Origin: Schmidtea polychroa
Taxonomy: Eukaryota
Assembly: GCA_044892525.1 (NCBI GenBank)
Contig: CM097887.1
Coordinates: 40,052,001 to 40,116,000 of the forward strand
Direction of reading: 5' to 3'
Length of the DNA stretch: 64,000 nucleotides
Position numbers and translations under genes: made by a program. A model generated the notes under the pieces. That model saw nothing but the letters and a program-made list of their open reading frames with translations. It was not told where the DNA came from and searched no databases. Below, one piece after another: positions 52,201 through 64,000 of the stretch (position 1 is the stretch's first letter; each line of letters opens with the position of its first letter).

Positions 52201-55200
52201 ATCCCACAACTAGACCGTAGTTTTGTGCATTTTTTATCCAACTTAAATTATCTTCATATTGTAATTTGACATTCAATTTGTAGGAATCATTTTTGCAATT
52301 CTCAAAATATTCATTACCTAAAATCCTTTCGATTTCCTTAGCTGCGATTTCATCTGTCTTAATCAAATCCTTTTCATCGCAAGAACTACAAATCCACCTA
52401 AACGGCCCGAAACCCATAGAAAATATTTGACCCATTATGTCCTTTTAAATTGAAAATATACAGTGAAATTTATTTATAAAATAAATTTAAATATAAACTT
52501 GCACATAAGAGGGATATTTGAATTTATTTTGAACTGTACTAGTATTGTCAGTTTGGTTATCGACGAAAACATCCGCCCCAGACCTACCTGCTTGCAAAAG
52601 AAAAGCATTTCCATAATCAAAAAAATACATTCCTTTTGCGGATAAATAGTTTATCGCTTTGATTTGTTTCTTCAAACTTTCATGCACCAATTCTTTAAAC
52701 TTATCCCTGTCCTGGTTCATTAAAATCCGAGATTTTTCATACGATAAACCTAACAATCAAAATGAAGTACTTTTTCAAAGATTATTTAACAGATCAAATT
52801 ACAATAATTACAATACAACATTTCAAAATTGAATCTGTTATACACAGAAAAAATATGAGTATATTTGCCAGACATTTTAGAAAAGTAAGTTATTGTAAAA
52901 ATATTAGATTATAAATTTGAAGGTTTTCGCGTGTAATTTTATTCAGGTGTATTTAATGCATGATTGAGTTTAATTATTCACGTGCTTCCAACTGCATGCC
53001 GCAAATTTTTATATGTATATACTTGAGCACTGTTCGAATTTTTCTGCTCATAACAGGTATACACCTAATTCCGAAATTTAGTAACTTCTATAATCTAAAA
53101 AAATCAATAAATTTATAGTATAGGATAATAAATTTATAGTAGCTGTGTGTAAAAATTTATTGTTCCGAAATTTAATAACTTTATTATAGGATTTGTGAAG
53201 ATGAGAGAAAAATAATTGAATATACCAACACAAAACACATAATGAAAAATGCATGGAAATTTATTATAGCTTTTTTTGTTCCGAAATAAAAATAACCATT
53301 AAAATATTGTTAACATATTGTTAAAATATAATTATTTTGAAATTATTAAAAGATTATGCAAGAACATTTAATTTAGAATACGACAGCTCTACCTTGATCT
53401 TCAGAGAAAAAGAAGAAAATCTATCGTAAAATGTAATTATAAAATAATTTAGAATATAAACTCTTTAGATTTACAGATATTTCTCAGGACACATTGCCTT
53501 TTCACGAAGGTGGAAATCTGACAATGTAATTTAGAAATGGTTTATTTTTCAATGGTTTATATTTCAACTGTTACAACAGACTCATTATTAATTGACACAA
53601 TTGACAAATTATGATCTTTTGATGTCTCATGATGGTGTAGATCAAAGTAAAATTATTTTTATTTACCAATTAAATGTATATTATAAATAATTATAATAAA
53701 ATATTATAGATAAATTTCATCAATGCAATGAATTTTTATTTATTTTATTTTCTACGATATGTCAATATTTTGTTTTATATTTAACATTAAATTTCGCCAC
53801 AGCCTTTTTCCAAAATTGGTTGCATTTAATTAATTTAAACTAATTTAAAATTCAAAAATATTAATTTTTATAATTTCAAATATTATTATTCGTTTGGCAG
53901 TTCTTTGAAATTTTAGAGCCTAGACATGGATAATATATAATATAAACATTAATATTTTTTCTGGGAAAATCAGAGACAAATAGTTGAGATGGAAAGATGA
54001 TAAAAAATCCAACCACTTTAAATTGATGTAAGACCCAAGAAGGCGTAATTACAAAAATGTAAAATAATTAATTAAAATTTGTTGACGATATTAATTATTT
54101 TCTTAGAAAAGAACATCACCGAGTTTAACTTGGACCATAAAATATCTAGTTATCCATTTAATGATGTCATCGATAGAATGTTTGCTTCAAGAACCAGAGA
54201 GAATAATGTGAATACAGTGTACAAAAACAGATCTAAACTTAGTAAAATTTACTAGTTATCCTCAACAGAAAAATATGCAAAAGTTCGGGAGAGTTGAAAA
54301 TTATTGAAATTTTTCACAGAAATTCTTTTGAAATAGTATTTTTTTAAAAGTTTATTACTATTCCTATATTAATAGATTTGTATTAACAACATAAAAATAT
54401 AAGTATGAAAATTAATACCGGCGGGATAATATCCACCTTCAAGAAGAATATGGCAAGAAGTTTGATCTGATCCTATATCAGCAAGTAATTCACCAGTTGA
54501 TTTGTGATGTTCAACTAGCGCCTCCCATAAATCAACAACATTTCCATAAAACCCAATGCTCGTTGGTTTTTTGGATTTCATATGATTTTGTATTTTTGCA
54601 ATAACTTCAGGAATAGAATTTGTGATTTGTTCAACCCAACCTTGGTCAAACCTTTTTTGAAGAGCGGTCTTGGATACCTCGGCAATTACACCAATACAGT
54701 TGGCTATTACTGACGCTTTGGCCTAAAATACATAAAGTCAATAAATATGTGTAAAACATACTTGAGCTCCACTCATTCCACCAAGACCGGAAGTTACAAA
54801 GACTTTTATTCTTTCACTAGTATTACATTTGTTTTCTGATTTCTTTTGATTTCTTATGGCATTGATAAGAGTTAATGACGTTCCATGAACTATGCCTTGT
54901 GGTCCAATATAACAATAACTGCCTGCTGTCATTTGCCCATACTGAGTGACACCCAATGCAAAAAGCTTTTCGTAATCGGATGACGATGAATAGTTAGGAA
55001 CTATCATACCATTGCTAATGACCATTTTTGGACTGTTGTATAATGGATTTGTTGGAAATAAACCTAAAGGATGACCAGAATACATTACCAAAGTTTGATC
55101 AGATTTCATTTGCGACAAAAATTTCATAACAATCCAATATTGAGCCCAGTTAGAGAAAACCTGACCATTACCACCATAGGTAACTAATTCTTCTGGATAT

Positions 55201-55556
55201 TGAGCAATATCTGGATCAAGATTATTTGAAATCATCAACATAATTGCAGCAGCTTCAGAAATCTTTGCTGGATACATATCTATATGATAAGCTCTCAAAA
55301 CTTCTCTGGGTGGTTTAAAACGATACATGTAGATATGACCATAAGATTCTAATTCTGTTTCGAATTCTTTTCCCAATCTTTCATGTAAATGTTTTGGAAA
55401 ATATCTTAAAGCATTTTTCACAGACAATATCTTATCAGACTTCGTCAAACCATGATTGTGAACTTGAGCATGAGGATACGAAGTACTTGGTCCATTGTTT
55501 TCAGGCAAGGGTACTAAGGGTATTCCCAAAGATAAAATATTCAGGTCGACACTCAT
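49298..55556 (-). CDS. UROC1: Urocanate hydratase (eukaryotic type), 6 exons, 686 aa
   Basis: Exons 55556-54762, 54722-54419, 52749-52499, 52441-52196, 49816-49625, 49570-49298; all GT-AG, phases consistent, 2061 nt. Motifs YGQMTAGS, SGLGGMSGAQ, GSDQTSCH, FDYGNAF, GFGPFRW, RDHHDVSGTDSPFRET, HNGGGTGWG. Confidence 0.97.
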
Positions 55557-55730
55557 AAAATTGAAAAATAAATTGAAAAATAAAACACAAAAAATTTCAC
55601 TAAAAACTATTTTTATAGGTTCAAGTTCAAGTAATTAAACGATTAAATTTACTAACTATTATAAAGTTCATACGTTTGATTCGATAAATATATTATTTTT
55701 ATGTACTTTACATATCTTTATCAGTTAAAA

Positions 55731-55761
<31 letters not shown>

Positions 55762-57177
55762 ATTATTATAAGAACTTTTCAAATTTCACCACNNNNNNNN
55801 NNNNNNNNNNNNNNNNNNNNNNNNNNNNNNNNNNNNNNNNNNNNNNNNNNNNNNNNNNNNNNNNNNNNNNNNNNNNNNNNNNNNNNNNNNNNNNNNNNNN
55901 NNNNNNNNNNNNNNNNNNNNNNNNNNNNNNNNNNNNNNNNNNNNNNNNNNNNNNNAAACTATTAAATAAATCACTTGATTTAAACAAAGAAAACTTTTTC
56001 AATGTTGTGAACCTTATTTAAAAATTAATAGTCGATTGTGAGCAACAATTTTATTATTTATAAATAAATTATCATTATTTGTTGAATAAAAGAAATATTT
56101 AAGAGCATCAATAATATTGTCATAACTTTATGAAATCAAAATTCAAGCCTTAAAGTTGAATTTTAAAAGAAACTTATTTCACAGCCATATTTTAAATTTC
56201 TCATAGATTGATAACTTACCAAGTTAGTTTAGCGCATCAACTAAGTGATTTTTTTATTATAGGGGTTTTTACTAAATAAAAACAGGTGTACGGCATCCTT
56301 TCATACATCACGCATACTAAGATCCGAAATTTAATAAGGAAATATTATGTATAGGTTTAAAAAATAATATAGACATAACATAAAACAACTTCTATACAAT
56401 AGTTCTTCTTCATAATTTCAAAAAATAGTATTTTGATTTTTTGAAGTAAAAATGTCAATATGAGTATAAATTGTTGAGGGCTTCAACCAAGACAATCTGG
56501 CCCCGGGTTGTGAATACTGGTCTAAAACATGTAATATTGGCATATATTTGCAATTTTTATTCAATGAGAAGAAAGGAACCCGAATAAATTTAAAACTTCA
56601 GTTATTCATATGTATCCCCCCCTCCCTCCTTATTGTTAATACAATATCAAGATCAAATTTAATAGTTCATCATGTTAAAACACAATCATTTCATAAATAT
56701 AATAGAAAAATTGAATATTTATAATTTATTTGAACAATTATCTGTCAAAGATAGCAATTATCTCTGGAATTCTTCCGTTTTTTCATAATTGATGCTTCAA
56801 ATATAATCTTGAAATTATCCCAATAAATAGAATTTTTAATTAAATTGTTAATTATTCTCCTCTTGTTTCGAGCACTTCTATTGATGCTGGAAACAAGTTT
56901 TATTATTATAGGACCTGAAAGCAATTATTGTATTTTGGAACGAGAAAATATTTTTGGTATATAAATTTGTAAAATTAATTTATATATGACTCAAAATTTG
57001 AGGATATATGAACCTGATCCTACCTACCTTGTATTTTTACATTCATAAATGCATATTTTCCTTGTTTTTTTATATATGTAACGACATCAATATAATAATC
57101 GTGATAACGCGTAATCGTACTGGATGTATATATTTAATTTAGATATATATTAAAGCAAAAATAAAATCCCCCTAGAC

Positions 57178-57443
57178 CAGTGTTTCCCGACCTTCTTTAT
57201 ACCATGCCCCACCGTAGTATTTTCAAAAGTCATATGCTCCACCAACCCTTTTGAAGTAGCTGTCAAACTTCGATAATCAATATTGCCAGTATGCAAAAAT
57301 AACGGTCGATGAAATTGCTGTATGCATGTTGTTATATTTAGTCGTGAATGAGTATATTATATTAAAAAAATATATGTGGAATAGTTGATAATTGCTGACG
57401 TGTCCCACCTCTGAAGTGTGATGCCCCACCAAGGAAAACACTG
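57178..57443. mobile_element. Decayed hAT MITE, 266 bp
   Basis: CAGTGTTT termini; TSD CCCTAGAC / CCTTAGAC (7/8). Confidence 0.8.
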
Positions 57444-57806
57444 CCTTAGACAATACAACTCCATGTAACGTAGTATTATAGAAATTCCAACAAACTCATC
57501 TTAAATCAAAACACTAATTAAAACCGCTAGACAATATTAAAGAGCAAGGACAATGGACAAAAAGTGTATATCTCTTGCAACGTGAAAACTATATTCTATT
57601 AAATAGGATATTAAAAACGTAATTGTGCACATTTTCAGAATTCAGAAAATCAGTGAGATATTGAAATTTAATTAATTTTTCAGTATTCAATCCATCGGCT
57701 TCAATGATGTGAAGAGACATAAAATATCTTCTGGAACAGAAATTGTAAAAACATTATTAAATCTTATTTTTACTTTCAATTAAGATTATTTAAATTCTTA
57801 TTTTAA

Positions 57807-58555
57807 CCACTTGCCGGGCGCGCGGTCAAATATGAATGCAAAAAATGTGTACCATTTCGGGCGAGCGCTCACGTGTGAGCGCAAACTCATATAGAAAAAA
57901 ATATTGTCCTTTGAATAAGAAATCTGATCCCGGGCGTGAACTAACATATGAGCGATATTTCGAACAACATTATTTTACGATATTTATGTTCTAAACTGCC
58001 ATTTTTTAGGTCATTTTTTTTATAAACACATGTGAATTTTCGGCTATACACTCATGAATTCCAGGTTCGTATTTTTTTCATATTTTCTAAAATATCAGTT
58101 GTCCAATAACCACGCGCGCGACTGCATCGTTTTTGTATTGTTTCACTTCGTTCTTCGGAAATTTCGTGTTTTTCAAACTGTTTTTTGTTTGTGTATATGT
58201 GTGTGTGTGCACTTTGAACTATTTCATTTTTAACTGTTAAAAATATTGATTTATAATATTGATTTATTTTATTGATTTATAAAATGGGTTCATCGAGCGG
58301 GTTCATTATTTATAGCCTCACAGTTGACTAATTTTATGATGGGACTCTTATTTAATATCCTAAGAGATGATATCTACACAGTGGCTCTTATTTTTTTCAT
58401 ATAATAACAATAATTAATAATTAGTGAATACAAACTCGGAAAATTAAAAAAAATATATTTACGTTATATTTTGATTATATACTATTAATTAATGATTTAA
58501 AAAAAATAGGTTTTTTTTGACCGAAAACATGAAAAATAAATCGCCCGGCAAGTGG
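57807..58555. mobile_element. Non-autonomous piggyBac element, 749 bp
   Basis: Perfect 14-bp TIR CCACTTGCCGGGCG, TTAA TSD on both sides. Confidence 0.95.
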
Positions 58556-60877
58556 TTAATACATAATAATAATTTTCAAAATAACAACACGATTTTCACA
58601 ATATATTTTATTAAAACAAAAGTTCAAAAAATAATTTATTTTCATTTTGACAAAAGATCAAATATTTTTAATTATACTCAACGCAAATTTTCAACTTTGC
58701 ATTCATCGAGTATTATTTGAATATTTAAATAACACCTGATAAAGACAAAGACTAAATTTATGTTGAGTATAATAAAAAATATTTAATATTTTGACAATAA
58801 AATATCGAAAAACAAATCAAAGATGACTTTAAAATCAAAGAATTGTACTGAAAATAATATAGACTGCAATTTTATATATAGTATTTAATACATTATATTA
58901 TAAATTTGGAATACATACTGAAATTAAAGATAAATTCACTGTTAAATTCATTTCACATTCAAGTTTCAATATTTTGACAAATTAATGACATATTCGGAAT
59001 AAAGAATTGATTAGGTGATATTTTATTTATTTTCATTTTGACAAAAGATAAAATATTTAATTTTTTGCAACGCATAAAAGTCACATCATTTTGGTATATA
59101 AAAGATTCACCTTAAATTATTTACCATTTTTCAAACATTAATGATAAAATGAATTCTTAACCAATAGTAGGTCGTTATCCTGTTTTATCTATCAACTTTG
59201 TGATCTTGTAGGATGGTTTGACAGCATCAATGTTTAGCTAATTTGATTGAAAATATAAACTTGTCAAGGGTTTGCTCATTGAAGACCTTTCACTGGGGTT
59301 TGAAAAAATGAAGGTAACTTATCTTTATTTTGAGGATTTAATTTAAATGTTCAAACATACTTGATTTCTTGTTTAAAATTAAAATAAATCTTTGAAATTT
59401 TATATTTATTTGAAACTCCAGTATAAAAATAGGGAAACTGTATATATTCAATTTAATCATTTTAAATGCGTCTGGTGGAATCCGATAGTTTTTTTAATAT
59501 TTTTTTCAATAATAAAATTGTTACCACATTTCAAGAGAGAAATAATTAAATGTCAAATAAGGTCATTGAAACACAGGGAAATGAATTTAATATAAATAGA
59601 AAAATATTAAATAATGGTTAATTAAATTATCAAACACAGACAAAAAAATTCTTCTTTACTCATATTACAGAAATATCAGCAATAGGGGAATTTCTAGGGG
59701 AAATTGTTGCATTGGAATTGTTAAAAGCAAGGCGGTCAACCACATAATGTCTGGGAAAGAGGTATATATATAAAATATATATATAGAGAATATAAAAATA
59801 TTAAAAAATTATAAAATTAAAAAATAGGAAATATTATTTGGGTAATTAAAATAAAATATAAATACAATATAATTAAACCAATAAATTTATTAAAAAATAC
59901 GAAACAAATTTATTTTTCCACAACAACAATTGTTAAATGCAATAATGATCAAATTCACTTGAAAAAGGCAGTGCCGAAAATTCTTGAGTACCAAAAAACA
60001 TCGATATATTACTGATTTATAGTCTTCAAGTTCTCTTATATATATTTTCTTAAATAAAATTACAATAGCATAATTCAGTAACATTAGAAATCTTTTAAAC
60101 TCTACAACTGCCAACTATACACTTATGTCACATAAAGAAAGGTTTGCTTATATTTCTAGATGGCAGAACCAATTTGGGATAAATAATATTAAATAACAAA
60201 TTAAAATTGTGACAAATAACCCTGAATGGATATTACAGCTGCACCAAACTGAAACAATACTTGGGAGATAAAAGTTTCTCAATGATTGATTATAATTCAC
60301 AATAGGTTTTACACGAGATAAAAGTGAGTACCCAGCTTACATCAAGCATCGATATGAATCTGATTCATTCATACTTATGCGGTGAAGTGTTGGGAATCTT
60401 CAAGTTGTTCATACATTAAAGTCTTGACTACTCTGGACCTTTTTATATTAGTTATAAACTTCCAAGTTGTCGGTTGGTCAATAAAAAATTCAAGTTGTAC
60501 CAGGTTGAGTCAAAGAATATTCATGTTTTTATGTGAATATTTTATTTACACAAATTGTTTTAGCATTATTATATTATTACAGTCTATCATTTTCAATGAC
60601 TTAAAACCATCTTTCAGCCAATTGCTCAATTTCATGACAATACCATTCAAATATTTTGGAGGCGAAAAATATGGCGATTCCAGTATTCACAATATTCAAA
60701 TTATCCTTCAAAATATTTGAGCAGGGATCTGCCTAAATTTCTAATTCTGACCTATTTGATCTCATAAATACTCGTGGATTCTAGAATATTATCCCAAAAC
60801 TAAACCTATCTACTTGCGATTGGTCTTACTCCCCCTATTTCCAACTTAACTCCTGCATTTTCTATCTCTCACACGAT

Positions 60878-60878
<1 letters not shown>

Positions 60879-60947
<69 letters not shown>
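60879..60947. repeat. (TA)n microsatellite
   Basis: Visible dinucleotide run. Confidence 0.95.
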
Positions 60948-60950
<3 letters not shown>

Positions 60951-61236
60951 TTCAGCGACGGACCCGTGGAGAAGCCTCCACATTACAGCCGAATCAGCCG
61001 AGTAATTGAAGTGCCAGCTGACCCTCCAATAAGAGCAACCATAAAGGCCCCTCGTACCATGGTCAACTGTACCTCAACTCCAATGCCTCTATCGTTCATA
61101 ATTAATAAACATAAAAATTGAACCCAATAAAATTATTATTCAAAACATAAAAATTTAAACGAGAAATAAACAGTTACAACAATTGGTTCCATCTAAAGAT
61201 TTTATTAATATTAACACAGAGTGATCACTCTTAAAT

Positions 61237-64000
61237 AGTAATGTATATTGCGTAATAACTAACACATTGTATTGAATTACGCAATATACTCTGAACTTCT
61301 TCACATTTGGTCCTTGGCCTCTAATGTAATATCATTACTCTCCCCTTCATAAGATTGATGCCATCTCTTTAACCATTCGATTCGTCGGTGCCGCGTCGTA
61401 TCTGGATATTGCAATTCAACTTGATGATCTGAAACAAATCTAAGAATTTTATATGGACCATCATATTGAATATCATTTTTGTTTCTTCTATGTGGTTCTC
61501 GTCTTACTAGTACCTCCTCCCCCACTTCAAAATGTCGTTTAATTCTTTTGTCTTTTTCGAATGTTTTCATCTTCCGAGCAGCTTGCTTGTTATTCTTTTG
61601 TGCTTCTTCCGAAATATCGTGTACTTGATGTTTGAGTCTAGAATTAGCGTGTAACGTTATTTTCCGTCCATATACTATCTCAAATGATGAATATTTTGTA
61701 GAACTTTGATAAGTTGCATTTATACTGAATTCAATTCGAGGCAGCAGTTCGTGCCACTGTTTTTCAGCACAGCCCCCTTTCATCGTAGTCACAAGTAAAT
61801 CTCTCATTGTTCTGATAGCTCTTTCCACTAAGCCATTCGACTGATGTTGATATGGCGAGGCGAATTCTTGCTTTATTCCAAGTTGTTCTAATTTTTCCTT
61901 AAAATATTTGCTTTCAAAATTTCGCCCTCTGTCTGTCAATATACTCTGAGGTTTACCATATTTGTAAATCCAATTGTTCATTAGCGTCTTCAAAATAGTT
62001 TTTTCATCTTGGTTTGCTGTAGCCGTTAGACTTACTAATTTACTAAACCTATCAATAATAACGATAACATACTTTTTGTCGGTTGAAGTTCTCTCCATGA
62101 AAGCAACATCCATCACAATCTGTTCTAGAAATTCAGAACTTTCGTGTGGAATTAAAATTTCCTTTGCCTCCCTTGGTATATTTTCCTTCTTGCACATGTG
62201 ACACATCGTTTTACTATCTCTTTAACAGTTTCTTGCATTTTCGGCCAGAAAAAATTCCCTTCCAAATAATGAAACAGTTTCTTAATTCCAACGTGACATA
62301 AATTTTCATGTATTTTAATCACTAGTTTAGATTGATAGCTTTTTGGGATTATCACTAGATCTATTTTGTCTGATTCCAATACAAGCATATCATCCGATAT
62401 CTTTAATCGATCTTTATATCTGAATAAAAAACTATTTAGAAACGATTCCTTCCGAAAATCTATCTGATTCTTAAGAATTTCCATCACTTCCTGGAACAAT
62501 TTATCTTTCTTCTGTTCTTCCATAATTTCTAACATTGTCTGTGTTTTTTGTATCAAATTGATATATCTTACTCTTGACCTTTCTTGTTTATGTTGTACAT
62601 GTGCTGTCTGACACTGTGCACATAAACTACCCTCGATCCTTGATAATCCATCTGCGTTTGCATGTTCTTCGCCTTTCCGGTATTTCAATTGGAAATCGTA
62701 TTCCGATAGATTAGCCATCCATGTCTGAAATTGTGGACTTATTGCTTTTTTATTCGTGTTCATAAATACTAAAGCTTTGTGATCTGTTCGAGCCACGAAT
62801 TCTTTCCCGTATAAATACTGTCTAAAATATAAAACATATTCATGCAATGCCAACAACTCTTTCCTTGTTACGCAGTATCCCTTTTCATGGGCCGTCAGAT
62901 TTCTTGAACCGTATGCGATAACTACTTCTGAACCGTCTTCTTTTATTTGACTCAAGACTGCTCCAATAGCTTCAAAACTGGCATCAGTATCCAAAATAAA
63001 TTTACGGTCTATACGAGGAAAATCAAGAATAGGTGCTTGTGTTAAGGCTTCTTTAAGTTGTTTAAAACTGTTTTCACAATTTTCTGACCATTCGATTGTT
63101 TTATCACAACTTGACGCTGCTGCATGTAAGGGTGCTGCTATTTTGGCATAATCTTTGACAAATCGTCTATAGTAATTTGTCAAACCTAGAAAAGATCGAA
63201 GTTGTTTAGCACACTGTGGTTTCGTCGCTTCTGTAATTGACTTGATCTTCTCTGAATTTGTCTGTATTCCATCTTCACTGATGGTGTGGCCAAGGAATTT
63301 TAATTTGGTCTTGTAAATTTCGCACTTCTCCGGATTTATTCTTAGTCCTGTTTTTTTTATTCTTTTGAAAACTTCTCGCAATCGCTCATAATGTTCAGAC
63401 TGGTCCTTGCCATATACCAGAATATCGTCTAAATAAACAATTGCTCCATTAAACAATATACCCTCTAACATCGTGTGCATTAATCGCTGAAATGTTGCTG
63501 GAGCCGTTGATAATCCAAATGGAAGTCGATTGAAACAAAATTGACTTTCTTTGGAACTAAAAGCCGTTTTTTCTTGTGCTTCTTCTGCTAATGCGACCTG
63601 ATAGTATGCTTGTCCAAGATCTAAAGAAGAAAAGAATTTAGATCCTGATAGGTTATCGAGTAATTGGGATATGTTGGGCATAGGAAAAGATTCTCTTTCT
63701 GTCATCTTATTCAACTCTCGATAATCTACGCACATTCTTATTGAGCCGTCTTTCTTTCCTACCACAACCAATGGGGAGCTCCATGGACTTTTACAGCGTC
63801 TTATAACTCCAGCTTTTGTTAACTCTTTTATCATATCGTCAATTTTCTGTTCTAGATGCATCGGTTGTCGTCTTGGAAATTGCATTGTTAGATTCCCAGA
63901 TGTATTAATTTCGTGCTCTACGATTCTTGTGAATCCTAAATCAAATCTGGCTGCCATAAATATTGAGCCAAATTCATCTAATAATTTGTTAATTGTTGGC
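61237..64000 (-). mobile_element. Ty3/Gypsy element B: RT-RNaseH-integrase, PPT (61340-61350) and putative 103-bp 3' LTR (61339-61237); runs off the window
   Basis: RT YLDD, RNaseH LDTDAS/ELLAL/RTDHKAL/NADGLSR, integrase HHCC and D,D35E. PPT ATGAAGGGGAG is followed by AGTAATG...CATTACT. One frameshift near 62170. Confidence 0.95.

Noticed and set aside
49298-55556. Bacterial hutU acquired by horizontal transfer or contamination
   Set aside because: Five spliceosomal introns and the long eukaryote-type N-terminal extension.
60822-60842. Additional PPT-like GGAAATAGGGGG followed by AGTAAGACC on the minus strand
   Set aside because: No matching inverted end and no adjacent integrase sequence found.

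Overview
AT-rich eukaryotic (animal) genomic DNA with four N gaps; the (AAT)n/(TA)n microsatellites and 39-57 bp minimal introns suggest an invertebrate such as a planarian (inference only). Two spliced host genes lie on the minus strand. One is a NOSTRIN-like F-BAR/HR1/SH3 gene (10 exons reconstructed by hand, 39556->13300, 5' end unresolved). The other is a complete urocanate hydratase gene (UROC1, 6 exons, 55556->49298, 686 aa). The rest is dense transposon material: four pieces of Ty3/Gypsy elements with AG...CT LTR ends (three share the PPT GAAGGGGAG), a pogo (DD35D) element inside a 729-bp foldback duplication, an intact hAT element, hAT/piggyBac MITEs with TSDs, decayed Tigger, piggyBac, hAT, Tc1-like and Penelope GIY-YIG fragments, and a Polinton/Maverick DNA polymerase fossil. 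The strongest unexplained items are (1) a complete minimal type I hammerhead ribozyme (19781-19834) with a palindromic helix III, preceded by a U1-snRNA-5'-like sequence, inside a NOSTRIN intron, and (2) an 880-bp TSD-flanked insertion (7151-8030) carrying three 84-bp stem-loop units with conserved stems and variable loops upstream of an unknown Cys-rich ORF.
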